DNA of 64,000 nt from an uncultured Gammaproteobacteria bacterium (GTDB lineage: Bacteria; Patescibacteriota; Microgenomatia; UBA10105; UBA927). Where the stretch lies: assembly GCA_964621305.1 (NCBI GenBank), contig CAZUOM010000002.1, forward strand, positions 73,733 to 137,732. Direction: 5' to 3'. Under the pieces are notes generated by a model. It ran no database searches. It saw only the letters and a list, made by a program, of their open reading frames with translations, and was not told the origin of the DNA. A program made the translations under genes and the position numbers. Position 1 is the stretch's first letter. Each line of letters opens with the position of its first letter. Of this stretch, positions 33,674-42,763 are shown in pieces.

Positions 33674-36079
33674 ATGCAACTTACCGGTATTCGTCAACAA
33701 GTATTTCTTGACCGATACGCCAAGAAGGATGAGGCGGGTAAGCCCATTGAGCAAACGCCTGAGGAAATGTGGCGAAGGGTTGCTCATGCCATTGCCCAGG
33801 TGGAGTCAAAAGCCAAGCGTGATGAGTGGGAAGAAAAATTTTACAACGCGATGCAGGACTTCGTTTTGGTTCCAGGCGGACGGATTCTTTCCGGGGCAGG
33901 AACCGGATACAAGGTGACGTTTTATAATTGCTTCGTAATTCCCAGCCCGCAGGATTCCCGTTCCGGCATCCTCAAAACGCTTGCCCAGATGGTGGAGATT
34001 ATGTCCCGCGGTGGGGGGGTAGGGATCAACCTCTCCAGTCTCCGTGGCAGGGGGACTCGGGTGAAGAAGGTCAACGGGTTTTCCTCCGGCCCCTGCAACT
34101 GGGCGGAGCTTTTTTCCGTAGCAACAAAGGACATCATCCAACAGGGTGGCAGTCGTAGGGGCGCCCTCATGCTTATGCTCTGGGACTGGCATCCGGATAT
34201 TGAAGAATTTATTACGGTCAAGCAGGACCTTTCTCGCATCAACGGCGCAAACCTATCCGTTTGCGTGTCTGACGCATTCATGGAGGCGGTCAAAAACGAT
34301 AGGGACTGGGAGTTGGTTTTCCCGGACATTGATGATCCGGAGTATGACGAAGAGTGGGATGGGTATTTGCCCAACTGGATAGCGCTTGGCAAAAAAGTTA
34401 TCGTCCACAAAACTGTCAAAGCACGTACTATTTGGGACATGATTGCTCAGGCGGCATGGAGAAGTGCCGAGCCAGGTGTCGTCTTTATGGAACGGTACAA
34501 CAAGTGGTCTAACAATTATTACTGGGAATATATCAACTGTGTTAATCCTTGCGGTGAAGAGGGGCTTCCGAACTACGGGGTCTGCAATCTTACCTCCATT
34601 AATCTTTCAGCGCTCGTAAATGATCAGGGGGAGATGAATTATGAAAAACTTGCTGAAATTGCAAAAATCGGCGTCCGGTTTCAGGATGATGTCGTTGACG
34701 GAGACTTCTATGTATTTCCGGAAATTAAAAAGCGCCAGGTCGAAGGGGAGCGCCGGATCGGTCTTGGAACCGTGGGATTAGGGGATGCGCTTATCAAAAT
34801 GAAACTCCGTTACGGCTCCAAAGAAAGCCTGCCGGTGATTGACAGAATTTACCGGACGGTTCGCGACGCAGCCTATGCGACATCTGTTGATTTGGCTCGC
34901 GAAAAAGGCCCTTTTCCGGCAATTGACAAGAAAAAACACCTGGAGGGGTATTTTGTGAAACAGTTGCCGGAGGAAATACGCGAGAAAATGAAGAAGTGGG
35001 GAGTGCGCAACTCTGTCATTCTCCAACAGGCACCAACAGGCACAACGTCTCTTCTTTCCGGGGTTTCCAGCGGGATTGAGCCTGTGTATGAGTTCGAGAT
35101 GATCCGACACGACCGGCTAGGCGAGCACATCCTTCGGCACCCACTTTATGAAGCGTGGCATGAGGAGTTTAAAAAAATTCATGGTCGGGAGCCTGCAAGA
35201 GAAAGCCGGCCGGCACATTTTGTTTCCGCAAACGACTTATCACCTGAAGACCATGTTTCCGTACAGGCAACCATTCAGAAATACGTGGATGCTTCAATCA
35301 GTAAAACCGTGAATGCCCCCAACAGTCATACGGTTGAGGATGTGAAAAAACTTTACACTCTGGCTTACGAGCTTGGGTGCAAAGGCATTACCTACATGCG
35401 CGAAGGGAGCCGCCCGGGAGTCCTTTCCCGGCCGGATGAAAAAAACGGAGTTTCGCCGAATGGACAGGTGGCGGTAAAAGTTGAAGGCCACTACGTGCCG
35501 GAAGTCAAACCTCGTCCAGTGGTCGTGCACGGTTCCACCTACCAGGTAGAAACGCCCGTAGGTCAAGCGTACGTGACGATCAATACCAATGGCGGCAACC
35601 AGCCGGTGGAGTTATTTGTTAATGTGGGCAAAGCAGGAAGTGACGTGACGGCGATGGCGGAGGCGCTGGGACGCTTAGCATCCCTCATGCTTAGGATTGC
35701 TTCGCCAATAACTCCCATGGACAGGGTGCATAAAATCGCCTCAGAATTGATTGGCATCGGCGGCGCCCGTTCCCTGGGGTTTGGTGAAAATCGGGTGCGG
35801 AGCTTGCCGGATGCAGTTGCCAAAGTGATAGACCGGCACTTTGGGTTTTTTAAAAAACAGGAGATTGGGACAACTCTACCAACAAATGGACAGAAAAACG
35901 GACGCGTGCAGCCCGTTGTTGAGCCGGCGGAAAAACCGTTTGATCCGCGGCCCCAACAGATGGTGGTTACCGAAAAACGGGTAGTGACGGTGGACTTGTG
36001 CCCCAACTGCGGGGAAGGAAGTTTGGTTTTTGAGGAATCCTGCAAAAAATGTTACTCGTGTGGATACTCCGAGTGCTAA
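33674..36079 (+). CDS. nrdJ: class II (adenosylcobalamin-dependent) ribonucleotide reductase
   Basis: 801 aa. GVCNLTSINLS active-site region and C-terminal CPNCGEGSLVFEESCKKCYSCGYSEC Zn ribbon. Context: NrdR and a PduO-type adenosyltransferase. Confidence 0.8.
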   Translation: MQLTGIRQQVFLDRYAKKDEAGKPIEQTPEEMWRRVAHAIAQVESKAKRDEWEEKFYNAMQDFVLVPGGRILSGAGTGYKVTFYNCFVIPSPQDSRSGILKTLAQMVEIMSRGGGVGINLSSLRGRGTRVKKVNGFSSGPCNWAELFSVATKDIIQQGGSRRGALMLMLWDWHPDIEEFITVKQDLSRINGANLSVCVSDAFMEAVKNDRDWELVFPDIDDPEYDEEWDGYLPNWIALGKKVIVHKTVKARTIWDMIAQAAWRSAEPGVVFMERYNKWSNNYYWEYINCVNPCGEEGLPNYGVCNLTSINLSALVNDQGEMNYEKLAEIAKIGVRFQDDVVDGDFYVFPEIKKRQVEGERRIGLGTVGLGDALIKMKLRYGSKESLPVIDRIYRTVRDAAYATSVDLAREKGPFPAIDKKKHLEGYFVKQLPEEIREKMKKWGVRNSVILQQAPTGTTSLLSGVSSGIEPVYEFEMIRHDRLGEHILRHPLYEAWHEEFKKIHGREPARESRPAHFVSANDLSPEDHVSVQATIQKYVDASISKTVNAPNSHTVEDVKKLYTLAYELGCKGITYMREGSRPGVLSRPDEKNGVSPNGQVAVKVEGHYVPEVKPRPVVVHGSTYQVETPVGQAYVTINTNGGNQPVELFVNVGKAGSDVTAMAEALGRLASLMLRIASPITPMDRVHKIASELIGIGGARSLGFGENRVRSLPDAVAKVIDRHFGFFKKQEIGTTLPTNGQKNGRVQPVVEPAEKPFDPRPQQMVVTEKRVVTVDLCPNCGEGSLVFEESCKKCYSCGYSEC

Positions 36080-36092
36080 AGACAGTTACAAG

Positions 36093-36136
36093 TTCATAAA
36101 GTTATAAAGTTTGTAAAGAGATTGCTTTATGAACTT
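36093..36136. terminator. 11-bp inverted repeat AGTTCATAAAG ... CTTTATGAACT (23-nt loop) in an AT-rich repeat region after nrdJ
   Basis: Read directly. Surrounded by TTATAAAGTTT/TTATAAACTTT repeats. No clear T-run, so its role as a terminator is uncertain. Confidence 0.3.
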
Positions 36137-36169
36137 TATAAACTTTCTACTTTATAACTCTTATCTTTT

Positions 36170-36709
36170 ATGTCGATCTACACCCGTACCGGTGACGACG
36201 GAACGACCGCGCTTTTTGGCGGAAAGAGGGTCTTAAAATGCGAAGATCTCGTGGATGCCTATGGTTCTTTAGATGAGCTCAATTCGTGGGTTGGATTCAT
36301 CGCCTCGCAGAGTAAAGAACAGAGCGAGAAAAAATTTCTTCAAACAATACAATCAGACCTTTTTACCATTGGGAGTACGCTGGCCGGATGGAAGGGGGAT
36401 ATAACACAACTGGGCAAACGCGTTATAGAAATGGAACAATGGATCGACCGGATGGAAAAAGTCCTGCCAGAACTTACGAACTTTATTCTTCCCGGCGGGT
36501 CAACCAACGGAGCACGAGTTCATTTGGCGCGAAGCGTTTGCCGGCGGGTTGAACGAAAAATTGTTGCGTTGAAGAAAAAACAAGAGGTTGATCTATCTAT
36601 TATTGAATATCTTAACCGTTTTTCGGACTTGCTATTTACTCTGGCGCGAATTATAAATAAGGACGCAAACGTACCAGAAATAATTTGGAATAGTAGAAAA
36701 AAAGCTTGA
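36170..36709 (+). CDS. PduO-type ATP:cob(I)alamin adenosyltransferase
   Basis: MSIYTRTGDDGTTALFGGKRVLKCEDLVDAYGSLDELNSWVG is the PduO-family N-terminus. Confidence 0.85.
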   Translation: MSIYTRTGDDGTTALFGGKRVLKCEDLVDAYGSLDELNSWVGFIASQSKEQSEKKFLQTIQSDLFTIGSTLAGWKGDITQLGKRVIEMEQWIDRMEKVLPELTNFILPGGSTNGARVHLARSVCRRVERKIVALKKKQEVDLSIIEYLNRFSDLLFTLARIINKDANVPEIIWNSRKKA

Positions 36710-36877
36710 TTGGGGGAATCGTGGTGCAATCCCACGGCTGTGCCGCAACTGTATAGCCAGACTACCCAATCACGCGTCATCCCAGCATCACCAGAATGTG
36801 CTGGGTAAACCTTCGAGCAAAGGGCAGTTTTTATACGCGCCTTCTCGCTCGAGGAGGTTTTTTGATGGGAAATAGAT

Positions 36878-38728
36878 ATGGGTAAATTTAATAAGGAAGT
36901 TTTTAGGATATCCTACGAGGTTTTGAAAAAAAAAGTTGTTGCGGCAAACCCCGACTTTTCCGAGCACGACATTAACATCGAAACGGCTCAGCGGTTCCGC
37001 CCGCGGTTTTTCCTTGACATGGCAACTGTTCGCCACGAAGATCGGGGGACAAAAAAATACGCCGTTGGCGACATAGAGCTTTTATCTACCGGAGACATTT
37101 ACTATAGGCAATATGGCGTAACCTTAGAAGAACTTAATGAAAATACTCGATTATATAATCCAAACGCTTACTTAGTAACTGACCATCAAGCCTCACGGCT
37201 GGCGGCACAAAGGTTACACGCAGGAGCTTCAATCGTAGCTTTTGCTTCCGCTAGGAAAGGCAGCGATAACCGGGATATTCAGGTTCTCACAATTGATCCG
37301 GTAACAAAAAAAGGAATATCCATAACCATAAACGCCGCCTCAGACGGAGGGCTTCATACGTTTTCAGAAATGCAGAGAGTGATTCAAAACTTATTTCCAG
37401 AGCTCACTCAAGTTCAACCTCAAGAGAATGTAAGCATTTTTACTGATAGACCAACTTCTGTTGAAAGAGCTCGCCAGATTGTTTCAAGAGTCAATTTTAG
37501 CCAGCAGCTGCGGACAGGAAAAGTAGTTAGGGAAAACAATCATGATATGCAGAAAAGGACTAATGATTTTAGAGCGTTTAGGTCACAAGACGACAAAAAG
37601 TTAACAGTCGTGAAAACAGAGACAAAAATAGCAAATGACCGACGCCGAGCGATACGTGACATTTTTGTCTATCGTCAAAAAGGCTGGATAGAGTTACAAC
37701 CGAATCAATCGATAAACCGAGGTTATGAAAAAATAAAACATATTATTATTGATGCAAACCAAAGGCGTTACACCGACATGAAAAAAACGGCTCTTACGCT
37801 TTGGTTTGCAGGTAAAACTCAGGTTGCCATTGGTGCTGTTCCACTGTTGGTTGCCTCTTTGGCAAAAGAAATACCCCAGCCGCTGCGAGCGGTTGAAAAA
37901 AGCATTGCGCGGCATCAAAAGAAAGAGGCAAAAAGGCTCTATAAAGAAAAAAAGAAGATTAGGGAACGACAAAAAAGGCATGCTCAAGAGAGCATTGAGA
38001 GAGGTAGAAAGATGGATATTGAAGATAAACTGAGAAGGCGCGAACCGAAACAAAAAAGAAAAAAGTCACAAAAAGAACGCACCGTTTTTTCTAAAGAAAC
38101 GCAGCGAAAAAAGAAAAAAGATAAGCCATTTCAATTCAAGGAGCAACGGGAGAAGAAACAAACGAAATATGTAGAAAGGTCAAAGATGAAAAAGGGAAAA
38201 GAAAGGTTTGTTAAAAAAGAAAAAAGGCTTACCAAGAATACGGAAAAAATGAAGAGGGGCGTTGTTAAGATGTGCACAGAAAAGGCATTAATACGAGCCC
38301 TTACTTTATGGGCAAAAAAATTGAAACAGAAGCGAGAAGAAGGCGAGAGCAGGGCAATTAGAACGGTATCAAAAAAAATAGAGGAATTGTTACGGTCACC
38401 AACTCTTTCCAAAAAAGCTGGGAAAGAACAAATCCCCACTGTAGGTTTTTCTTTTGCCTGGATTTTATGGCTTTTATTTGAACCATCGAGAAGAAGGCGG
38501 CTACGCCCAAAAGTAGGTAGGGCTGACAACTTAGGAAAGACAGAAATTATTCCAGAGGGGATAATAACTCAAGAGCAGAGACAGTGGCTGCTTTTGTGTA
38601 TCATTTGGTATTTGACTATGATACAGGAGACGGGATTAGGAAACAAAAAAAATTACAAACATGCTGGACATCATTTGCCCAAGCCTTTTGCCCAAACAGG
38701 CGTAATTTTTGCGTATCAATCGTGGTAG
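36878..38728 (+). CDS. hypothetical 616-aa protein with ~350-aa N-terminal domain and a long K/R/E-rich low-complexity segment
   Basis: No recognised motif. First gene of a three-gene cluster ending in a VirD4/TraG-like ATPase. Confidence 0.6.
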   Translation: MGKFNKEVFRISYEVLKKKVVAANPDFSEHDINIETAQRFRPRFFLDMATVRHEDRGTKKYAVGDIELLSTGDIYYRQYGVTLEELNENTRLYNPNAYLVTDHQASRLAAQRLHAGASIVAFASARKGSDNRDIQVLTIDPVTKKGISITINAASDGGLHTFSEMQRVIQNLFPELTQVQPQENVSIFTDRPTSVERARQIVSRVNFSQQLRTGKVVRENNHDMQKRTNDFRAFRSQDDKKLTVVKTETKIANDRRRAIRDIFVYRQKGWIELQPNQSINRGYEKIKHIIIDANQRRYTDMKKTALTLWFAGKTQVAIGAVPLLVASLAKEIPQPLRAVEKSIARHQKKEAKRLYKEKKKIRERQKRHAQESIERGRKMDIEDKLRRREPKQKRKKSQKERTVFSKETQRKKKKDKPFQFKEQREKKQTKYVERSKMKKGKERFVKKEKRLTKNTEKMKRGVVKMCTEKALIRALTLWAKKLKQKREEGESRAIRTVSKKIEELLRSPTLSKKAGKEQIPTVGFSFAWILWLLFEPSRRRRLRPKVGRADNLGKTEIIPEGIITQEQRQWLLLCIIWYLTMIQETGLGNKKNYKHAGHHLPKPFAQTGVIFAYQSW

Positions 38729-38737
38729 AATGATCGT

Positions 38738-39178
38738 ATGTATACGTCTGCCCGATCTTCTTCGGACGATCAAACAGTAAGCTTGCCACAACAGTCGGTT
38801 TCTGGGGGTGGAGTGGCAATTGGTAAAGAGGTTGAGGTGGTAGGAGTTAGTAGGGTAGAAGCGGCTGCCATCAAAGAGATCGGACGAGAGATTGAGTTGC
38901 CGCCAAATGTCACAAACGCCGGTGTTCAAGTGCGCCCAACAACAGTGCAGATTCCCAAGCCAGTTGCCCAGATGGGAGTAAAACCAGCTGGCCAAACAGT
39001 TATGCCGCCTGCTGTTTCGGTTTCCTTACCGCTTTCCGATGAGCAGATTGCTAAGGGGATGCACCAGGGCATCACAAGTTCCTGGCGCTGGCTTGCCGAG
39101 TGGTGCCGCCGACGGCTCAAACAGGCCCACATTGTGCTCAAAACTTTTCATGGGAAGATTGCGCGGGTGAAATCATGA
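38738..39178 (+). CDS. hypothetical 146-aa protein
   Basis: ORF with ATGA coupling to the downstream ATPase gene. Confidence 0.5.
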   Translation: MYTSARSSSDDQTVSLPQQSVSGGGVAIGKEVEVVGVSRVEAAAIKEIGREIELPPNVTNAGVQVRPTTVQIPKPVAQMGVKPAGQTVMPPAVSVSLPLSDEQIAKGMHQGITSSWRWLAEWCRRRLKQAHIVLKTFHGKIARVKS

Positions 39179-41523
39179 ACGACCAATTTTTAGATCTTAT
39201 CTATAGACTTGAGGTTTTTGGTATAAGCCTACTGCTTATGATCCTCTTCATTGTTGGGTTTATTGTCTTGGGCTATATGTTATTTCTTGCTTGGAAATAT
39301 CGTAATCGAGAACAACACAGCTTGGACACTGTGCTCTTGCAGGTGGCAGTTCCCAGAGACAATGAGATAAAAATTGACGCGGCAGAGCAGATGTTTGCTA
39401 GCCTCCATAGTCTGTATCACGATGATAAATTGGCATTTCTTAAACCTCAAGAACATCTTTCTTTTGAGATTGTTGCAAAGCGGGAGGACGTCCGTTTTTA
39501 TGTGGCCATTCCCAAAAAACATAAAGATTTAGTTGAAAAACAGATCCATGGGTCTTATCCTGGAGCCGACGTCCGTGAGGTCGAAGAATACAATATCTTT
39601 TCAGAAAATGGTAAGGTAGCCTTTGCGGCTCTCCGGCTAAAAAACGCAAATTTTTGCCCAATTCGTATCTACAAAGATTTGCCGGTTGATCCATTATCCA
39701 CAATCACGTCAGTGCTTGCTAAAATGGGGGAGGGGGAGGGAGCAGCCATTCAAGTTCTGGTTCAACCAACCGGCGGAAAATGGAGAAGACAAGGTAGAGG
39801 ATATATTGCTCACGTTAAAAAAATCGAAGCAAACCCAGAAAAAGCGAGCTTTAAAGTTGACCAAAAAACGCTAGAAGCAATCGAACACAAAATTAGCAAA
39901 TCCGGTTACCACGTGGTCGTGCGGCTTGTAGTTTCTTCAACGAGCGAAGAGGGAGCCAAGCATCATCTGGAAAATCTCATTACTGCATTCGGACAGTTTG
40001 TCAGCGACCAGAACCATTTTTTCAAAGTCAAATTTCCCATTAAAAAACTGTTCATGGTGGATTTTGTTTACCGCTACTTTCCATATATTAACCCGCCAAT
40101 TTTTTCCCAATACAGCGTTCTTAACAGCGATGAGTTGGCAACCATTTATCATTTCCCCAACAAGTCTATTGAAACACCCCACATATTTTGGCTTAATGCG
40201 AAACGCGCTCCAGCTCCCATGCAAATTCCCCAGTCGGGATTGTTTTTAGGCATTTCTCGTTACCGGGGGGTTGACCGGTCGATTTATATAAGCGATGAAG
40301 ATCGAAGGCGCCACATGTATGTGATTGGGAAAACCGGGACTGGCAAATCGCAATTACTTGAGGAGATGATCATGCAGGACATTAAAAATGGAAAAGGCCT
40401 GGCGGTTGTAGATCCTCATGGAGATCTTATTGACGGGATTATGTCGAGGATGCCGCCGGATCGGGCAGAGGACATTATTTATTTTGACCCGGCCGATGAA
40501 GAACGGCCTATGGGACTCAACATGTTGGAAGCAAAAACCGAGCAGCAGAAACATTTCGTAGCAACAGCTATTGTAGGCCTCATGTATAAACTTTATGATC
40601 CGCAAAAGACCGGCATAATTGGTCCCCGATTTGAACACGCTATCCGAAATGCGATGCTTACGGTTATGTGCGAGCCGGGCAACACGTTTGTGGAAATCGT
40701 ACGGGTTTTGACTGACAGTGCATTCGTCCAAGAGTTATTGCCCAAAGTGCAGGATCCGATTATCCGTCGATATTGGACCGATCAAATAGCGCAAACGGCA
40801 GACTTTCATAAATCCGAGGTCCTTGACTACATCGTATCCAAGTTCGGTCGGTTCGTTACCAACAAGCTTATGCGCAACATCATCGGTCAGTCTGTTTCCA
40901 GCTTTGATATGCGAAAAGTAATGGATGAGGGAAAAATTCTTTTAGTGAATCTATCGAAAGGAAAAATGGGAGAGGAAAATAGTAATTTTTTGGGGCTTAT
41001 TCTCGTACCTCGCATCTTGATTTCCGCTATGAGCAGACAAGAGATCCCCGAGGATCAACGGCGGGATTTTTACCTCTATGTTGATGAGTTCCAAAATTTT
41101 GCGACTCCTGACTTTGCTCAGATACTCTCCGAAGCTCGTAAATACCGGCTCAATTTGGTTGTTGCCAATCAATTTATTGGGCAAATGGAGGAGGAGGTCA
41201 AAAATGCCATTTTTGGTAACGTAGGGACCGTGACAGCCTTTCGCGTTGGGGTAACGGATGCTAATTATCTTCAGCACGAGTATCAACCGACGTTTAATGA
41301 GACCGACCTCATCAATATTGAAAAATATAATGCCTATATTAAGACAACTGTCCATAACGAACCAGTGAAACCATTTAGTATAGATTTGACTAAGGACATG
41401 AAAAAGGTCACTGCCGAGCGAAATTCACAAATCGGCAAAGCGATTGTGGAACTATCCCGCCTCAAATACGGTCGGAGCAAAGAGTTGGTGGAAGCAGAAA
41501 TTGCGCAACGGGCACGCCTCTGA
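39176..41523 (+). CDS. VirD4/TraG/TraD-like type IV coupling-protein-family ATPase with two N-terminal TM helices
   Basis: Start MNDQFLD at 39176. TM region FGISLLLMILFIVGFIVLGYMLFLAW. Walker A VIGKTGTGKSQLL, Walker B LYVDEFQNF, and a TraG-D_C-like ARKYRLNLVVANQ segment. Confidence 0.7.
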
Positions 41524-41572
41524 TTTATGTTCCCCCTTTACATTCTTCAGAAATATTATATTGTTGATACTT

Positions 41573-42601
41573 ATGCGCATTGCTTTTACGTTTAATGTCA
41601 GACATGTTGCTGCCGCCCTTGAAGGGCAGGCGCAGGACGAGGCCGAATTTGATGAGCCTGCTACAATTGCGGCAATTCACAATGCTATCGTATCCAATGG
41701 ATACGAATGTGTAGACGTAGAAGCAAACGAAGAAGCTTATCTCAAATTAAAAAAGTTAAAAGGGAGTATAGACTTGGTTTTCAACATTGCCGAGGGGCTC
41801 CGCGGCGAGATCCGCGAGGCACAGATTCCGGCAATACTTGAGATCCTCGGGATCCCTTATACTCACTCCGGAGCTCTAACCCAAGCGATTAACCTTGATA
41901 AATCCCTCACCAAAAAAATTTGGCAGTACCACGGGGTGCCAACGCCTAGGTTTGTTGAGATAGGGCCAAAAGATAAACCATACGTTGAGGGTCTGCGTTT
42001 TCCGGTTATAGTCAAACCCAACAGTGAAGGATCCAGCAAGGGAATCTTTAACGATAGTCTTGTCGAAGTTGCGCAGAATTTACCAGCTAAAATTCACCAG
42101 ACCCGCAAGGCTTTTGGCAACGGCGTGCTTGTCGAAGAGTTTATGCCGGGGCGGGAATTTACTATTACAGTAATGGGCAACCCGGGGACAGGGAAGGGGG
42201 TTTATATGCTTCCGACTGTCGAACAGAATTACGACGTGGTGCCGGCAAAATATAAAAAATTTGCCTCCTACGAGGTAAAATGGCTTTTTGAGGATAAGTT
42301 GCCGGACGTGCGGGCAGCCTACATTTGTCCGGCCAAGCTTGATGCGAAGTTGGAAAAGCTTATTGCCGAGCATTGCATAAAAGCATTCACTGTTCTTAAT
42401 TGCCGTGACATTGCGCGCATAGACATTCGGCTAGATCTTTCCGGCAATCCTCACCTGCTTGAGCTTAACACGCTTCCTGGCATGATGCCGGACCCCAATG
42501 TTGTTTCCTATTTCCCCGTTGCGGCCCGAGCAGCCGGTTGGGATTTTAACCGGATGATTGGGCAAATCATTATTCACGCGAAAGAACGCCTTGGAATGTG
42601 A
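41573..42601 (+). CDS. ddl: D-alanine--D-alanine ligase family ATP-grasp enzyme
   Basis: Start MRIAFTF at 41573. ...FPVIVKPNSEGSSKGI... and LNTLPGM are ATP-grasp motifs. Confidence 0.75.
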   Translation: MRIAFTFNVRHVAAALEGQAQDEAEFDEPATIAAIHNAIVSNGYECVDVEANEEAYLKLKKLKGSIDLVFNIAEGLRGEIREAQIPAILEILGIPYTHSGALTQAINLDKSLTKKIWQYHGVPTPRFVEIGPKDKPYVEGLRFPVIVKPNSEGSSKGIFNDSLVEVAQNLPAKIHQTRKAFGNGVLVEEFMPGREFTITVMGNPGTGKGVYMLPTVEQNYDVVPAKYKKFASYEVKWLFEDKLPDVRAAYICPAKLDAKLEKLIAEHCIKAFTVLNCRDIARIDIRLDLSGNPHLLELNTLPGMMPDPNVVSYFPVAARAAGWDFNRMIGQIIIHAKERLGM

Positions 42602-42652
42602 TTTTGGTATAATACCGTGAGATTTACCAGAAGATTTCGCAATAGTTGTTTT

Positions 42653-42725
42653 GGGCCGGTAGCTCAGTGGTAGTAGCACTACTCTTATAAAGTAGGGGTC
42701 GATGGTTCGATCCCATCCCGGCCCA
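42653..42725 (+). tRNA. tRNA-Ile (anticodon UAU)
   Basis: Cloverleaf folded by eye: acceptor GGGCCGG/CCGGCCC, anticodon stem CTACT/AGTAG, loop cTTATaa, T-arm GATGG-TTCGATC-CCATC, discriminator A. No CCA is encoded. Confidence 0.7.
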
Positions 42726-42763
42726 CATAAGCAAAGAGAACACATCATACATCTAAAGAGCAT

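Noticed and set aside
36723-36760. T-arm-like hairpin CGTGG-TGCAATC-CCACG followed by GCTGTGCC (possible tRNA 3' fragment or att site)
   Set aside because: The loop lacks the near-invariant T54-psi55-C56 (it reads TGC), and no matching tRNA 3' end exists in the window. It is probably just a hairpin after the PduO gene.
36720-36830. Weak similarity between CCAGCATCACCAGAATG... (36790) and CAGCACCAGAATGCCCCGAGCGTAAG (56776, 56862) motifs
   Set aside because: Only about 12-15 nt are shared with many mismatches, which is not convincing as a repeat family by eye.
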